64,000 bases of DNA, from positions 39,356-103,355 of the forward strand of contig CBFGUG010000014.1 of NCBI GenBank assembly GCA_965651905.1. Reading direction: 5' to 3'. Of the stretch, positions 18,033 to 28,731 are shown piece by piece. Origin of the DNA: an uncultured bacterium (lineage in GTDB: Bacteria; Myxococcota_A; Polyangia; Polyangiales; Polyangiaceae). Position 1 is the stretch's first letter. Each line of letters opens with the position of its first letter. Below the pieces are notes generated by a model. It saw only the letters and a list, made by a program, of their open reading frames with translations, did not search any database and had not been told where the DNA came from. Made by a program: the position numbers and the translations under genes.

Positions 18033-19403
18033 ATGCGCATCATTGCCCCTTCTCTTTCTCTCGTGGTCGCAGCCTTGGCACTGTCGAGTGCCTGCGCTGG
18101 TGACGACACCGCAGACATGGGTGACACAGGCCAAGCATCGACCAATGGCACGGCGACGGGTACGGCTACAGACGCCACCAGCACTACCAGTGGGACGGGA
18201 ACCAACGCCGGCGCGACGTCGACGGGGCAAACGACGGGTACGACTTCCACGGGCGCGACATCGACGGGTGCGGGAACGGCGGGCACCACGACAGGCACCA
18301 CCAGCGGGACGAACACCACTGGCACTCCTCCTGGCGGCGACGATGGCGCAACCGACGACGCGGCGCTCGACGACATGACGGACGACACCGTCACCGACGA
18401 CATGACGACGGATGACGTCGCCACTGACGACACGGGTTCGATGGCGACCACGGATCCGACGGACATGCCGACGACAGATCCGACGGACATGCCGACGACA
18501 GACCCTACTGGCATGCCCACCGACGACCCTGGGGACATGCCGGGCGAGCCGATGCCAGTCGTGCCAGAGGTTAGCGGGTCCGAGTACTCGCTCGCGCTCA
18601 GCGACGTGATCTTCAGCGCTGACGGGAGCAGCGGTTACGTCACCAGGCTCGAGTTCGGCGGCACCAATCTGCTCACGGAGTCGAGCGTGAACGACACCAA
18701 CTTCGGCTCGAGTTTCTGGACTGCACCACAAACCTGGGACTGGCCCCCAGCCCTGGACGCCGCGCAATACGACGCTTCGATCGACGCCGCCAGCAACACG
18801 ATCATCTTCACCAGCGCGGCCACCGAACTGACGGATGGAACGGTCAGCGTCGAAAAACGCTTCTCGGGGGACTCAGCTGCCAACGCGATCGTGCTCGAGT
18901 ACACCATCACCAACGAAGGCAGCGCCGCGATCGGCGTCGCGCCGTGGGAGATCACCCGCGTCCGTTCGAGCGGCTACTCGTTCTACCCGGCTGGCAGCGA
19001 AACGACCCAAGAAGAGATGCCCATGAGCGAGGTAGACGGCGTTTACTGGCTGGACTACGACAACGCGGGCATCGACGGCGCGGGCCTGAAGAACATCGGT
19101 GATGGCTCGGAGGGCTGGTTGGCACATGTCGACGACGGCGTGCTGTTCGTCAAACTGTTCGACGACACCACCGCAGCCCAGAAGGCGCCCAACGAGGGTG
19201 AGATCGAGATCTACGCCGATGGCGACCGCGCCTACGTCGAACTCGAGCAGCAGGGCGCGTACGAGCAACTCGGACCCGGGGAAACGTCCACTCCATGGAG
19301 AGTGCGTTGGTTCGTCCGCAGCGTCCCCGCTGATGTGAGCGTCGAACTCGGCTCCGCCGCCCTGGTCCAAGTCGTTCGCGACCTGGTCGCCGCCAACCCG
19401 TAG
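18033..19403 (+). CDS. Lipoprotein with T/G-rich and D/T/P-rich low-complexity spacer and a beta-rich C-terminal domain
   Basis: The ATG at 18033 gives MRIIAPSLSLVVAALALSSACAGDD (lipobox). About 170 aa of low complexity follows. The C-terminal ~270 aa looks like a mutarotase/DUF4380-like beta domain, but this is a weak, by-eye call. The upstream 103 codons of the track ORF overlap the divergent synthetase gene and were rejected. Confidence 0.65.
   Translation: MRIIAPSLSLVVAALALSSACAGDDTADMGDTGQASTNGTATGTATDATSTTSGTGTNAGATSTGQTTGTTSTGATSTGAGTAGTTTGTTSGTNTTGTPPGGDDGATDDAALDDMTDDTVTDDMTTDDVATDDTGSMATTDPTDMPTTDPTDMPTTDPTGMPTDDPGDMPGEPMPVVPEVSGSEYSLALSDVIFSADGSSGYVTRLEFGGTNLLTESSVNDTNFGSSFWTAPQTWDWPPALDAAQYDASIDAASNTIIFTSAATELTDGTVSVEKRFSGDSAANAIVLEYTITNEGSAAIGVAPWEITRVRSSGYSFYPAGSETTQEEMPMSEVDGVYWLDYDNAGIDGAGLKNIGDGSEGWLAHVDDGVLFVKLFDDTTAAQKAPNEGEIEIYADGDRAYVELEQQGAYEQLGPGETSTPWRVRWFVRSVPADVSVELGSAALVQVVRDLVAANP
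18450..18545. repeat. Four degenerating 24-bp in-frame tandem repeats encoding TDPTDMPT units
   Basis: ACGGATCCGACGGACATGCCGACG is followed by three progressively diverged copies. Confidence 0.8.
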
Positions 19404-19495
19404 CAGCCCACGCCGCGCTGAGGCTGTTCTGCGCCCGAAGCTGGCCTTGGCGGCCGTCAGCCCGACGCGGACCGTGCGCTTCGGGTAGCGCCCGC

Positions 19496-20992
19496 ATGCG
19501 CGGGTTGTTATGTGTTGGCGCGATGCACATTCCGAAGTTACGAGCGGTCAGCGCCGCCTCCACCCTGGTCGCGAGCAGCGTGATGGTTTGGGCGGTCACG
19601 ACGTTCGCCCAAGTGCCGCCACCCAGTGCACCACCGCCCGCTGCGAGAGCAACGTCCACGCCCGACGCCAGTGCTGGCACCCCGGAGCCAACCAAGCGGC
19701 TCGACTTGGCGGTCACCCGACACAAGCTGCAAAACGGTCTCCGCGTCGTTTTGCACGAGGACCACAGCGCGCCGACGGTCGCGGTTTGCGTCACCTACGA
19801 CGTCGGGTCACGCAATGAACAGCCCGGACGTAGCGGCTTTGCGCATCTGTTCGAACACATGATGTTCCAAGGCAGCCGCAACGTAGGCAAGGGGCAACAC
19901 TTCCAGTTGATCACCGAGCGCGGCGGCACGCTGAACGGCACCACTTCGACTGATCGCACGAACTATTACGAGCTGGTTCCCGCAAGCGGGCTCTCGACCG
20001 TGTTGTGGCTGGAAGCCGATCGCATGAAGTCTCTGGCGGTGACTGCAGAAAACTTCGAAAACCAGCGCAAGGTCGTCCAGGAGGAGTATCGCATGCGGGT
20101 TTCGAACTCCGCATACGCAGAGGGTCGCATCAAGCTCCGCGAGTTGGCGTTTGAAGGTTACTGGCCACACGCCCACGATCCGATTGGGTCGATGCAGGAC
20201 CTGGACGCCGCGCAGCTGCCATGGATCCGCGCGTTTCACCAGACGTATTACGCGCCGAACAACGCAGTTTTGACCGTCGCGGGTGACTTCGAGCCCGAGG
20301 CCACCCTGCGTCTGATCCAACGCTTCTTCGGGGACGCCAAGCCCGCTCAGTTGCCGACACACGCGCCCGCACCGCCACCGCCTCAGACCCAGGCGCGCTC
20401 AGCTCAGCTCACCGACGCCAACGCCAAGACGCCGGGTCTGTACCGAGGCTACGTGATCCCGCCGATGCGCACTGAAGAACACTATGCGCTCGAAATGGCG
20501 ACAGTCGTGCTCGGCTACGGCGACAGTTCGGTGTTGCACGAGAAGCTGGTCCGCGACGAGGAACTACTGCGTGGTGTAGGCGTCTGGACGTACGATCATC
20601 GCGGTCCGGACCTGCTCATGATCCAAGCGCTGCTCACGGAGCGTGCCGACATGGCCCAGGTGCAGGCGCGCTTGGACGCCGAGCTTTCAGTGCTAGCCAC
20701 CAGCGGCCCCACGGCAGCCCAGCTAGACAAGGCCAAGCAACGGCTACAGTCGTTCTTCCTGTTCGGGCTGGAGGGTAACCTGGACCGCGCCACTCAACTC
20801 TCCAACTTCGAACTGTTCTGGGGCGACGCTGCACTGCTCAACGGCGAGCTCGACCGCTATTTTTCCGTCACGCCAGATCAGGTGCGCGCCGCCGTCGCCA
20901 AATACCTGACCCCGCAGCGTCAAAACACGGTGATCGTGATGCCCGCTGCGCCCGCGCCAGCGCCGAGTGCACCCGCCGCAGCACTCCATTGA
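19496..20992 (+). CDS. M16 family zinc peptidase (active subunit)
   Basis: HXXEH zinc motif in GFAHLFEHMMFQGS, plus a signal peptide. ATG at 19496 or 19523. Confidence 0.9.
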   Translation: MRGLLCVGAMHIPKLRAVSAASTLVASSVMVWAVTTFAQVPPPSAPPPAARATSTPDASAGTPEPTKRLDLAVTRHKLQNGLRVVLHEDHSAPTVAVCVTYDVGSRNEQPGRSGFAHLFEHMMFQGSRNVGKGQHFQLITERGGTLNGTTSTDRTNYYELVPASGLSTVLWLEADRMKSLAVTAENFENQRKVVQEEYRMRVSNSAYAEGRIKLRELAFEGYWPHAHDPIGSMQDLDAAQLPWIRAFHQTYYAPNNAVLTVAGDFEPEATLRLIQRFFGDAKPAQLPTHAPAPPPPQTQARSAQLTDANAKTPGLYRGYVIPPMRTEEHYALEMATVVLGYGDSSVLHEKLVRDEELLRGVGVWTYDHRGPDLLMIQALLTERADMAQVQARLDAELSVLATSGPTAAQLDKAKQRLQSFFLFGLEGNLDRATQLSNFELFWGDAALLNGELDRYFSVTPDQVRAAVAKYLTPQRQNTVIVMPAAPAPAPSAPAAALH

Positions 20993-21042
20993 ATCCAGCG
21001 CACTGCTACCCCAACCTAGGCAGTCCATCACGCGCCCTCCCT

Positions 21043-21124
21043 CAGTGACCAAGCCCAGTGACCAAGCCCAGTGACCAAGCTCAGTGACCAAGCTCAGTGG
21101 TGACCAAGCTCAGTGACCAAAGCT
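21043..21124. repeat. Intergenic tandem repeat: six copies of a 13-bp unit, CAGTGACCAAGC(C/T)
   Basis: Units occupy 21043-21055, 21056-21068, 21069-21081 and 21082-21094. The fifth unit (21095-21110) has a 3-bp insertion and the sixth (21111-21124) a 1-bp insertion. Each unit contains TGA and the unit length is not a multiple of 3, so all frames are closed. Confidence 0.9.
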
Positions 21125-21143
21125 CCGTCACACCGTTTTCCAG

Positions 21144-22823
21144 GTGATCCATCGAATGACCCACTCGACCGTTTCAAGTTCCGCTTCGCCCTTCCGCTCT
21201 TTCTGGGCACGCACACTGCGTACTCTGCCGCGCGTGTTGTTGGCCTCCGCGCTGCTGTCCGCTGGCTGTCAGCCCGCCAAAGCACCCGAGAGCAACCCGC
21301 CACCCGCGGCTACGGGTCCCTTGCCCGCTCCCGTGCAGAGTGACGAAGCCCCGTCGGAAGCCGTCGAGTACGTCACTTTGCCACCGGCAGAACGTGAAGC
21401 GCCGCCCCCTGCTTCGCCAAGTCCACCGTGGAGCTTTCCCAAGATCGACGACCACACGCTGCCGAACGGGCTCGCGGTCAAGCTGGTACCTCGGACCACC
21501 CTGCCCCTCGTCGAGATCACGCTGGTGGTGCGCTCGGGCCAGGACAGCGACGGCAAGCGACCCGGCCTCGCACTGCTGGCGGGCGAGATGCTGAAGGTGG
21601 GAGGCACCGACAAGTGGGCCAGTCGCGAGCTGCTGGATCGCGTCGAGTCTCTCGGCTCGAGTCTGAGCGTGATCACTTCCCGCGACGCGACCACCGTGAC
21701 CATGGCCGTCACCAGTGACCGCTTCGACGAGGCCATGGACTTGATCGGTTTGGTGGTGACCAAGCCGCGCTTTCTCGATGCGGAGTTCCGCAAGCTGAAG
21801 CAGCGAGAGATCGACCGTGTTCGGAGCCACGCCAGAACCAACGCGGCGTGGGCCGCGAGCATGGTGTTGTTCCGCGAGCTCTATCGTCAGGAGGACGGAG
21901 CAGCGCACCCCTACTCCTACTACGATGCCACGCCCGACCAGCTCGAATCGCTCAAGCTTTGGGAGATCAAGCAGTGGCACTCGAAGTACTTCTCACCGCG
22001 CAATGCGGCCTTGGTGGTCGGTGGTGACGTCACTGCCGAACAGGTTCAGAGCGCCGCAGGGCGCGCCCTGGGCAAATGGCGAGGCGCCAAGGTCACCCCG
22101 CCCAAAGTGGACGCTCCGAAGCTAGAACCCAAGCGCGCCATCTTCCTCGTGGACCGCCCCAAGAGTTCGCAGGCCGAGGTGCGCCTCGCAACCTTCGGAG
22201 TCGAACATTCGAGCCCAGAGTACCCGCTGCTCAAGGTCGCCAATCAGGTGCTCGGCGGCGGCGTCGCGGGGCGTCTGTTCCTCGACGTGCGAGAAGAACG
22301 ATCCCTCGCGTACTCGACCTACTCGCAGGTGGAGCGCGTTCGTCAGGGCCCGCAACCCGTGATCCTGTCGGCGGGAACCCAAACCGCGAAAGTGGGCCTG
22401 ACGCTCCAGGCGCTGCTCGAGCACGCCACGAAAATGGCGGAGGCCGGACCCACGGTGGCCGAGTCACAAGCGGCGTCCAGCTATCTGTCTGACTTGTTTC
22501 TGTTACGCATGGAGTCGGTCGGCTCGCTGACGTCGATGGTGTCGGCGCTGGCGATCTACTCGCTATCCAACGACTACTACGACGAGTACCGACAAGCTGT
22601 GAGCACCGCGGATCCCGCGGCAGTGACTCAGACCGCCGGTACGGTGTTTGGCAGTCCCGGCAGCATCGTCGTGGTGGCTGGTGATGCCGAACGCCTGGCT
22701 ACGCCTCTGAGCCATTTTGGAGACGTCACGATCATCGACCCGGGCAAGGGTTTCTCGACCGTGAAGACCGTGCCCCAAGATCCCAACGCCAAGATCGAGC
22801 TCGATCGGCTCGAAGGCACCTGA
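21144..22823 (+). CDS. M16 family peptidase-like protein lacking the HXXEH motif (non-catalytic partner)
   Basis: M16-like throughout, but the equivalent position reads GLALLAGEMLKVGG. Lipobox LLSAGCQ. Start is GTG at 21144 or ATG at 21156. Confidence 0.8.
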   Translation: MIHRMTHSTVSSSASPFRSFWARTLRTLPRVLLASALLSAGCQPAKAPESNPPPAATGPLPAPVQSDEAPSEAVEYVTLPPAEREAPPPASPSPPWSFPKIDDHTLPNGLAVKLVPRTTLPLVEITLVVRSGQDSDGKRPGLALLAGEMLKVGGTDKWASRELLDRVESLGSSLSVITSRDATTVTMAVTSDRFDEAMDLIGLVVTKPRFLDAEFRKLKQREIDRVRSHARTNAAWAASMVLFRELYRQEDGAAHPYSYYDATPDQLESLKLWEIKQWHSKYFSPRNAALVVGGDVTAEQVQSAAGRALGKWRGAKVTPPKVDAPKLEPKRAIFLVDRPKSSQAEVRLATFGVEHSSPEYPLLKVANQVLGGGVAGRLFLDVREERSLAYSTYSQVERVRQGPQPVILSAGTQTAKVGLTLQALLEHATKMAEAGPTVAESQAASSYLSDLFLLRMESVGSLTSMVSALAIYSLSNDYYDEYRQAVSTADPAAVTQTAGTVFGSPGSIVVVAGDAERLATPLSHFGDVTIIDPGKGFSTVKTVPQDPNAKIELDRLEGT

Positions 22824-22833
22824 TCCCCAGCCC

Positions 22834-22902
22834 CAGACGGCGCGACTCAGGGCGCTGCCACACCGTGTTGACACGGCGTGCTCAGACGCCCTGAACCGTC
22901 TG
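22834..22902. terminator. Long imperfect hairpin between convergent genes (putative bidirectional terminator, no U-tract)
   Basis: Nested inverted repeats: CAGACGG/CCGTCTG, TCAGGGCG/CGCCCTGA, and CCACACCGTG/CACGGCGTG around a TTGA loop. Confidence 0.45.
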
Positions 22903-22954
22903 ATCGGCGGTGGCGCCGCTCGGTCCCACCCCCAACGCAACGAGCGCACTCTGT

Positions 22955-24313
22955 TCAGGCGTGGTGCTTGCGGATCGCGTCGACGACCAGACCGTAGTCG
23001 GGTGCGATGTTGACGGGTGGGTTCGCCTTGTGGCTGACCACCCCATCGAGCTGGCGCTCGTGGTAACGCGACTTGAACTCCGTAAACTTCAAGCCGTGGG
23101 CAGTGGACACGCAAACCACGCGTTCATCCGACTTGATCGTGCCGTTATGGACGAGCTTCTTCATCGCCGCTAGCGCGACCGCCGTGTGTGGACAGGTGTA
23201 CATGCCCGTCGCGTCAGCCTCGGCCGCCACGTCCGCGAGCTCTTGTTCGCTCGCTTGTTCGACGAGACCGTTCATCGCCTTCAGCGCCAACACGGCGCGC
23301 GGGGCACTCACTGGGTTGCCGATTTGGATGGCACTAGCCTGAGTGGGCTGCGCCTTGACGGCAGCCACTTCCGTCTGCCCCGCGCTCCACGCGCGGTACA
23401 GCGGGTTGGCCGCTTCAGCCTGGGCGACGACCAACCGCGGGAAGCGATTGATCACGCCCAAGTCGAGCATCAGCTTGAACCCCGCGTAGAGCGCCGAGGC
23501 GTTACCCAGGTTACCACCCGGGATCACGACCCAGTCCGGCACCTGCCAATCGAACTGCTGCACGATCTCGATCGCCACCGTCTTTTGCCCCTCGAGGCGC
23601 AGCGGATTCATGGAGTTGGCGAGGTAGATGATACCCTCGGCGGCCAGCCGCTGGATGATCTCCATGCAACCGTCGAAGTCTGTGTCGAGTCCCAACACCA
23701 ACGACCCGTGAGCGATTGGCTGCAACAACTGACCCGTCGAGATCTTACCTCGCGGCAGCAGCACCACCACGGGTAGCCCGGCGGCCGCACCGTAGGCGGC
23801 CAGCGACGCGCTGGTATCCCCCGTGGATGCGCAGGCCACTGCCGTCATTTTCAGCCCCGCCGACATCACGGCGTGTTTGACGACCGACACCAGCACGGTC
23901 ATGCCCAGATCTTTGAACGAGCCTGTGTGGCTGTTGCCGCACAACTTGACCCAAAGGTCAGGCACCCCTAGCTGCCTGCCGTAACGCTCGGCCCAGAACA
24001 GGTTGCTCTGCCCCTCGCCCATCGACACGATGTGCTCGTCGGGCAGCTGCGGCATCACCCATTCACGCTTTCCCCACACCCCGGAGCCGAACGGCCAGGT
24101 GGTGCCGCCATAACGTTCGTCGAACAGCTTGATCCACGCGGCGCCACTGCGGTCTCGCAGCGCATCGACATCGTGATTCACCATCAACAGCCCGCCGCAA
24201 CTGGGGCAGCGGTAGATCGGTTGGGTGATGGGCCATGAGCCCTCGCACCCGCTCAGACACTTGAATTCGGCAAGATACGCCACGTTGCGGACTATATCTG
24301 GCAGCGCGCCCAC
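22955..24313 (-). CDS. thrC: Threonine synthase
   Basis: 452-aa ORF with the PLP-lysine region [17 protein letters not shown], and an N-terminal CPSCGG zinc-ribbon-like segment. GTG start. Confidence 0.9.
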   Translation of the reverse strand: MGALPDIVRNVAYLAEFKCLSGCEGSWPITQPIYRCPSCGGLLMVNHDVDALRDRSGAAWIKLFDERYGGTTWPFGSGVWGKREWVMPQLPDEHIVSMGEGQSNLFWAERYGRQLGVPDLWVKLCGNSHTGSFKDLGMTVLVSVVKHAVMSAGLKMTAVACASTGDTSASLAAYGAAAGLPVVVLLPRGKISTGQLLQPIAHGSLVLGLDTDFDGCMEIIQRLAAEGIIYLANSMNPLRLEGQKTVAIEIVQQFDWQVPDWVVIPGGNLGNASALYAGFKLMLDLGVINRFPRLVVAQAEAANPLYRAWSAGQTEVAAVKAQPTQASAIQIGNPVSAPRAVLALKAMNGLVEQASEQELADVAAEADATGMYTCPHTAVALAAMKKLVHNGTIKSDERVVCVSTAHGLKFTEFKSRYHERQLDGVVSHKANPPVNIAPDYGLVVDAIRKHHA

Positions 24314-24398
24314 GTCGAACGCAAAGCAGAGGCTCAGCGGGCGGCCGGCTCGCTGTCGAAAACTGGGCCGAGTCCAGTACTTGGGGCTTGATGCGAAG

Positions 24399-25085
24399 AT
24401 GTCACGGCTCGCGTGCTCCGCCTGGGCGCTGATGCTCGCTTTGGGCTGTCAGCAGACGCCCGAAGACGTTCTCACCGAACTTCCGCCCCCGCGGCTAGCG
24501 CTGCAGCACGACCGAGGCACGTCGCTACGACGCTTCGACGTCGGCGAGGCCAGTAGCGCGACACTCTCACTGGGTCAGCGCCGAAACCGCGTGCAGTTGC
24601 TCTTGGGCGGCGTTCGGGGCTGGCTCAGCACCGACCTGCACAACCGCGTGGCCGAGGGCGACCTGACCTTCGACCTGAGCTCGCTCGAGCCCAACCCGGG
24701 CCCCAACGGCGGACAGGCCGAGGCGACCAAGCTGCGCGACTTGACGTCAGCTGGCCAGCTCGCGATGCGCTGGTCGCGCCCGAGCGCGAGCGCCTTCGTC
24801 AGTGACGACACCGATCCCGTGCGTCTCGAACTGACACTCAACGGATTTCGTTCGGAACTGCGGCCGAGTTGGCGGGTTCGCCGCGACAAGCAGGGCCGGG
24901 CGGTAAGCGCCGAATGGCGAAAATCGGTCGAACTGCAGCTCGCGGATCATGGGCTGACGCCACACATCCGCGTTCGAGACGGCCAGGAGGTCGTCGTCAC
25001 CAGCGCTCGGCTGAACCTCGAGCTTACGCTGTCGCCCAACGACACGGCCACTGACGAGCGGGCCGATTCGGAACGGTTTCCTTGA
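24399..25085 (+). CDS. Lipoprotein, function unknown
   Basis: The ATG at 24399 gives [19 protein letters not shown] (lipobox). The earlier part of the track ORF overlaps the thrC 5' end. Confidence 0.5.
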   Translation: MSRLACSAWALMLALGCQQTPEDVLTELPPPRLALQHDRGTSLRRFDVGEASSATLSLGQRRNRVQLLLGGVRGWLSTDLHNRVAEGDLTFDLSSLEPNPGPNGGQAEATKLRDLTSAGQLAMRWSRPSASAFVSDDTDPVRLELTLNGFRSELRPSWRVRRDKQGRAVSAEWRKSVELQLADHGLTPHIRVRDGQEVVVTSARLNLELTLSPNDTATDERADSERFP

Positions 25086-25128
25086 GCGCATTGCGTTCGC
25101 CTCGTGTGCTGGCCATTTACCCGCCGCG

Positions 25129-27027
25129 TTGTCTTGGTCTTTTGGGTACAAGCAGGCCACAATTCAAGCTTTCGTGGCCTCAGTGAGCAGCCCATTAGAC
25201 TCGAGCACACTGCGGGCGATCGACGATTGTCTCAGCAGGGGTGAGCTGCAGCGCGCGCAAGCGCTGCTCGCAGGCGTCGACGCGACTGGCGAGCAGGCTG
25301 CGGCCGCTACCTATCTGGCCACGCGGCTGCTCTACTTGCGTGATCGGCTCGCTCCAGAAGAGGTCGTGGCGCGGCTGCAGGAGCTGCTCCAAACTCATCC
25401 GCACTTCCCCGAGGCGGAATCGCTGCTCGGTACGGCCTCAGAAGGGATCCGCGGTCCGCGGTCCATCGCCCCTCCGCCTCCGGGCGGTTCGGTGATGCCT
25501 CCACGCCCGCCCGCCTCAGCGCCGCCTCCCCCACTCCTGCGCCAACCAACGTTTTCCTCTGCGCCCCCTCGCGGCTCGACACGCCCTACGGCGCAACCTC
25601 CGCCTGGTACCGTCCTCGCGAGCGCGGCGCTCGGCGAGGAAGCAGACAGTGAGCGTCCCACGATCGCGCCCGACGAGACTGCGGGGCCGCAGACCGCTCC
25701 CCGCAAGATCGTGGTCGACACGCGACAAAGTCCGTTTCCGCGCCCCACCTCGCCCCCGCCACCCCACGTCCGGTCTGCGCGGCGCGCGGGTGGCTATTCA
25801 CTGATGGCCCCCGCTCCCGCGACGGCGGCGGGTTCACGACGCCCGCCACGAGGCTCGGAACCCCCGGATCGCGATGGCGTGTTTCCCAACGGACCGCTCA
25901 TCCCGCGCGCTCCATCGGTCCCGACGTTCGGGCCCGCCTCCGACCCCCCCTCTCAGGGTGAACACCGAGTCGTCGATCCGTACAAGCCCCCCGCCGAGGT
26001 GCGTCGTGGGTCGTGGCTCCCCCGACAGAGTACAGTCCCCCCCGCATCGCGCCCGCTGCGCGAACTCGGCGCGCCACACGAACTGTGGCCAGAGGTCGAG
26101 CAGCGGCTGATCCAGGGCGACCACCCCTACGCGGCTCGCTACTTCTCGCAGGCCGCGCGCCAGCAGCTCAGCCATCTGCCTCAAGCCAGCGCCGAAAGTG
26201 AATTCGAGGTGTTCGCCCACAGCGCCTGCGAGTTTTTGAACAAGAGCTGGATCACCCACCACTTCGCGCCGTTCGACTTGTCGTTGCACAGCCTGTCCCG
26301 ACTGCAGCTCGCGATGGCCACGTTGCTGGGCGGCCAACCCAGCGAGCGCCCGGCGTCCGCGGTGGTGATGTTGATCGGCGGCTACGTGGGCGCGACGCTG
26401 CGCTTGGCGCACCGCGGCGGCTGGGTCGACGGCTCAGACCTGCACACGGCCCGCGTTCGCGCGGGCAGCCACGAGTGGCGACCATTCGAAACCGTGCGTC
26501 ACTGGCTGATGAGCGGCGCGCGCAAGTCACTGGTCGACGAGTTGGGCGCGGGTCTCGCCAAGCACGGCACGCTCGCCTGGAGCGCGCACCAGAAAACGCG
26601 CATCACCCCGCACGCGCTCTGGCAAGGCGACGTCGGTCCCGACGAGCTACCCTTGTTGGCGGCAGCCGTGAAAAACTCCGTGCTCGCCTACGCCAGTGAG
26701 ATCTTGTTCGAACAACCCCTCGACCGCACCGTGCACGGTCTCGACGCGCTCAGCGCCGTAGTCGACGTGATCACCCGCTCCGCGCGTCCCATCGAAGGCA
26801 ACGAAGCCTGGCTCAGACGCACCGCCTTGTTGGTTGGCGCCTACGTCGGCGAAACCATCCGCGAACGCAAGGACGTCACTTGGCGGCAAGCCAAGTCCGG
26901 CGAGTTTCAACTCGGCTCAGGCACGATATCGATGTCGCCGATGGGTTACATCATCACCCAGGCGGTCTCGCAGCGCCCCATAAACCTCATCCAATACGCC
27001 CTCGGCGCACTCGGCGCCGACGAGTGA
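25129..27027 (+). CDS. Hypothetical protein with a long proline-rich central region
   Basis: 632-aa ORF with a helical N-terminus, a ~250-aa P/A/S/R-rich segment, and a structured-looking C-terminal ~330 aa. No motif recognised. Start uncertain (TTG at 25129 or GTG at 25174). Confidence 0.55.
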   Translation: MSWSFGYKQATIQAFVASVSSPLDSSTLRAIDDCLSRGELQRAQALLAGVDATGEQAAAATYLATRLLYLRDRLAPEEVVARLQELLQTHPHFPEAESLLGTASEGIRGPRSIAPPPPGGSVMPPRPPASAPPPPLLRQPTFSSAPPRGSTRPTAQPPPGTVLASAALGEEADSERPTIAPDETAGPQTAPRKIVVDTRQSPFPRPTSPPPPHVRSARRAGGYSLMAPAPATAAGSRRPPRGSEPPDRDGVFPNGPLIPRAPSVPTFGPASDPPSQGEHRVVDPYKPPAEVRRGSWLPRQSTVPPASRPLRELGAPHELWPEVEQRLIQGDHPYAARYFSQAARQQLSHLPQASAESEFEVFAHSACEFLNKSWITHHFAPFDLSLHSLSRLQLAMATLLGGQPSERPASAVVMLIGGYVGATLRLAHRGGWVDGSDLHTARVRAGSHEWRPFETVRHWLMSGARKSLVDELGAGLAKHGTLAWSAHQKTRITPHALWQGDVGPDELPLLAAAVKNSVLAYASEILFEQPLDRTVHGLDALSAVVDVITRSARPIEGNEAWLRRTALLVGAYVGETIRERKDVTWRQAKSGEFQLGSGTISMSPMGYIITQAVSQRPINLIQYALGALGADE

Positions 27028-27057
27028 GTCTGGAGCACCCTCCCGCGAACGAATCGC

Positions 27058-28731
27058 TCAGCGCCCGATGCTCACGCCACGCCACTGCTGCTTGTTGGCG
27101 AGTTCCGGCGAGTTTGCGTGCACGAAGATCGCGTTGTACTTGTCGAGATAACGCATGCCGACACTGTGCTTGACGTAGTCGCGCTGAAAGGGCTTGGACG
27201 AGAGCAATCTGAGCACGTAGTCTCGGTTCAGTTTCTTCGCGTGTTTTTTTGCCAGCGCAGGTGCCCGCTGGGCGAAAGACCTCGCGCGACACGAGACGAC
27301 GTAGTCTGGCGCCTTACCCAGGGTGTACTCGGGATCGAGCTTGCCGTGCCCGATGCCCGCGCCTTTGGCCTGCGGCAAGCGCGCGATGTACTCGTCGCTC
27401 TTGCCGAGCACGTCGAGGGCTCGCAGCCGTGAAAAGTATGGCACGACTCCCGCCGGCACGACCGCAACCGAAGCGTCCGGGCTCGCGTTCTTGCGCAGCC
27501 AAATCGCAGAGATGAGGTGCTTCGGAGGGATTCCGTTGCGCCCGACTTTCGCGATGTTCTCGAGCGGATCCTGAAGCGGCACCACGGCCAACAGCACGAG
27601 GCCCAGCCACAACGCGCGCGGCAAACGCGACGGTTTGACGAGCCAGGCCGCCCCCGCGCCTGCAAACACGATGACGAGCGGCATCGACGGCGAAAAGAAT
27701 CGAAACGGACGGAAGTTGTCGCCGCCAGCGATGAACACGTAAGCGTAGATCGGCAGCACCACCCCCGGCAGCACCAACCCGAGCCAGCGCCGCTCGCGCA
27801 GCAACATCAGCGAGGCGCCCAGCGCCATCAGCAGCAAGACGGCATATCGCTGACTGAACTGTTTGGCGTACTTGTAGCCGAGCGCAAAGCGGTCACCGCG
27901 CCCCGTGACCTTCAAGTGATAGGTATTGGGCAACCATTCGCCGTAATACGACCAACGAAACCCCAGGTGCGCGATGAACGGCAGCAAACTGGCCGCAAGC
28001 AGCAGCACGCAGCGCTTCTTGTCGCGCCCGAGCGCCAGCGCAAGCAGCGCGTCACACCCCCAGAGCACCACCGAATCGCCGCGCACCAAAGGTAACGCCG
28101 CGAGCGCCAGCAGCCCAGCCACACCGAGGCGCCGCGTGGTCGCGATGCGCGCCACCACGAACACGTGCAAGAACGTCGCCAGCGGCGTCGAAAAGCCCGA
28201 AGCCGCCCAATACATCACGTCAGTGCAACACACGATCGTGAGCATGGTCGCCACCATCACCAGCCGACTCTGCACGCCGAGCTGCTGCAAGATCCGCGTA
28301 CAGCACCACAAACTGGCGACGATCAGTGCCCACGCGCCACCCTTGACGAACAGCGCGGCCGTCTCATCGGGAGCGCCCAACAGGTGAACGAGCGACATGG
28401 TGAGCGTCCACAAGAAGTTGGAGTAGCCTTCGACGTATTCGCCCGGGTTCCAAACCAGCCCGTTGCCTTCCGCCAGATTGCGCGCGTAACGCATCGAGAT
28501 CATCTGGTCGTCGTCGAGCCAAAAGTAACGCACCCCATCCACCACGCGACTCGCCTGCCACGCATGGCGCACGAAAATGAACGCCGCAAACGCCGCAGCC
28601 AGCCCCACCGCAAGCACCCGCGTCCAACTGGCGTCCAGCCGCCACCGCGCGAAATCTCGAACGCGCGTTTGCCACGGCTCCCAAACGCGTCCGATCGCTT
28701 GCTCCACGCACGACCTGTGTCGGGTTTGCAT
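27058..28731 (-). CDS. Polytopic membrane protein, GT-C-like putative glycosyl/arabinosyl transferase
   Basis: 557 aa with more than 10 hydrophobic segments. An N-terminal loop motif DDDQMISMRYARNLAEGNGLVWNPGEYVEGYSNFLW resembles the acidic first loop of GT-C-fold transferases. Family assignment is by eye only. Confidence 0.5.
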   Translation of the reverse strand: MQTRHRSCVEQAIGRVWEPWQTRVRDFARWRLDASWTRVLAVGLAAAFAAFIFVRHAWQASRVVDGVRYFWLDDDQMISMRYARNLAEGNGLVWNPGEYVEGYSNFLWTLTMSLVHLLGAPDETAALFVKGGAWALIVASLWCCTRILQQLGVQSRLVMVATMLTIVCCTDVMYWAASGFSTPLATFLHVFVVARIATTRRLGVAGLLALAALPLVRGDSVVLWGCDALLALALGRDKKRCVLLLAASLLPFIAHLGFRWSYYGEWLPNTYHLKVTGRGDRFALGYKYAKQFSQRYAVLLLMALGASLMLLRERRWLGLVLPGVVLPIYAYVFIAGGDNFRPFRFFSPSMPLVIVFAGAGAAWLVKPSRLPRALWLGLVLLAVVPLQDPLENIAKVGRNGIPPKHLISAIWLRKNASPDASVAVVPAGVVPYFSRLRALDVLGKSDEYIARLPQAKGAGIGHGKLDPEYTLGKAPDYVVSCRARSFAQRAPALAKKHAKKLNRDYVLRLLSSKPFQRDYVKHSVGMRYLDKYNAIFVHANSPELANKQQWRGVSIGR

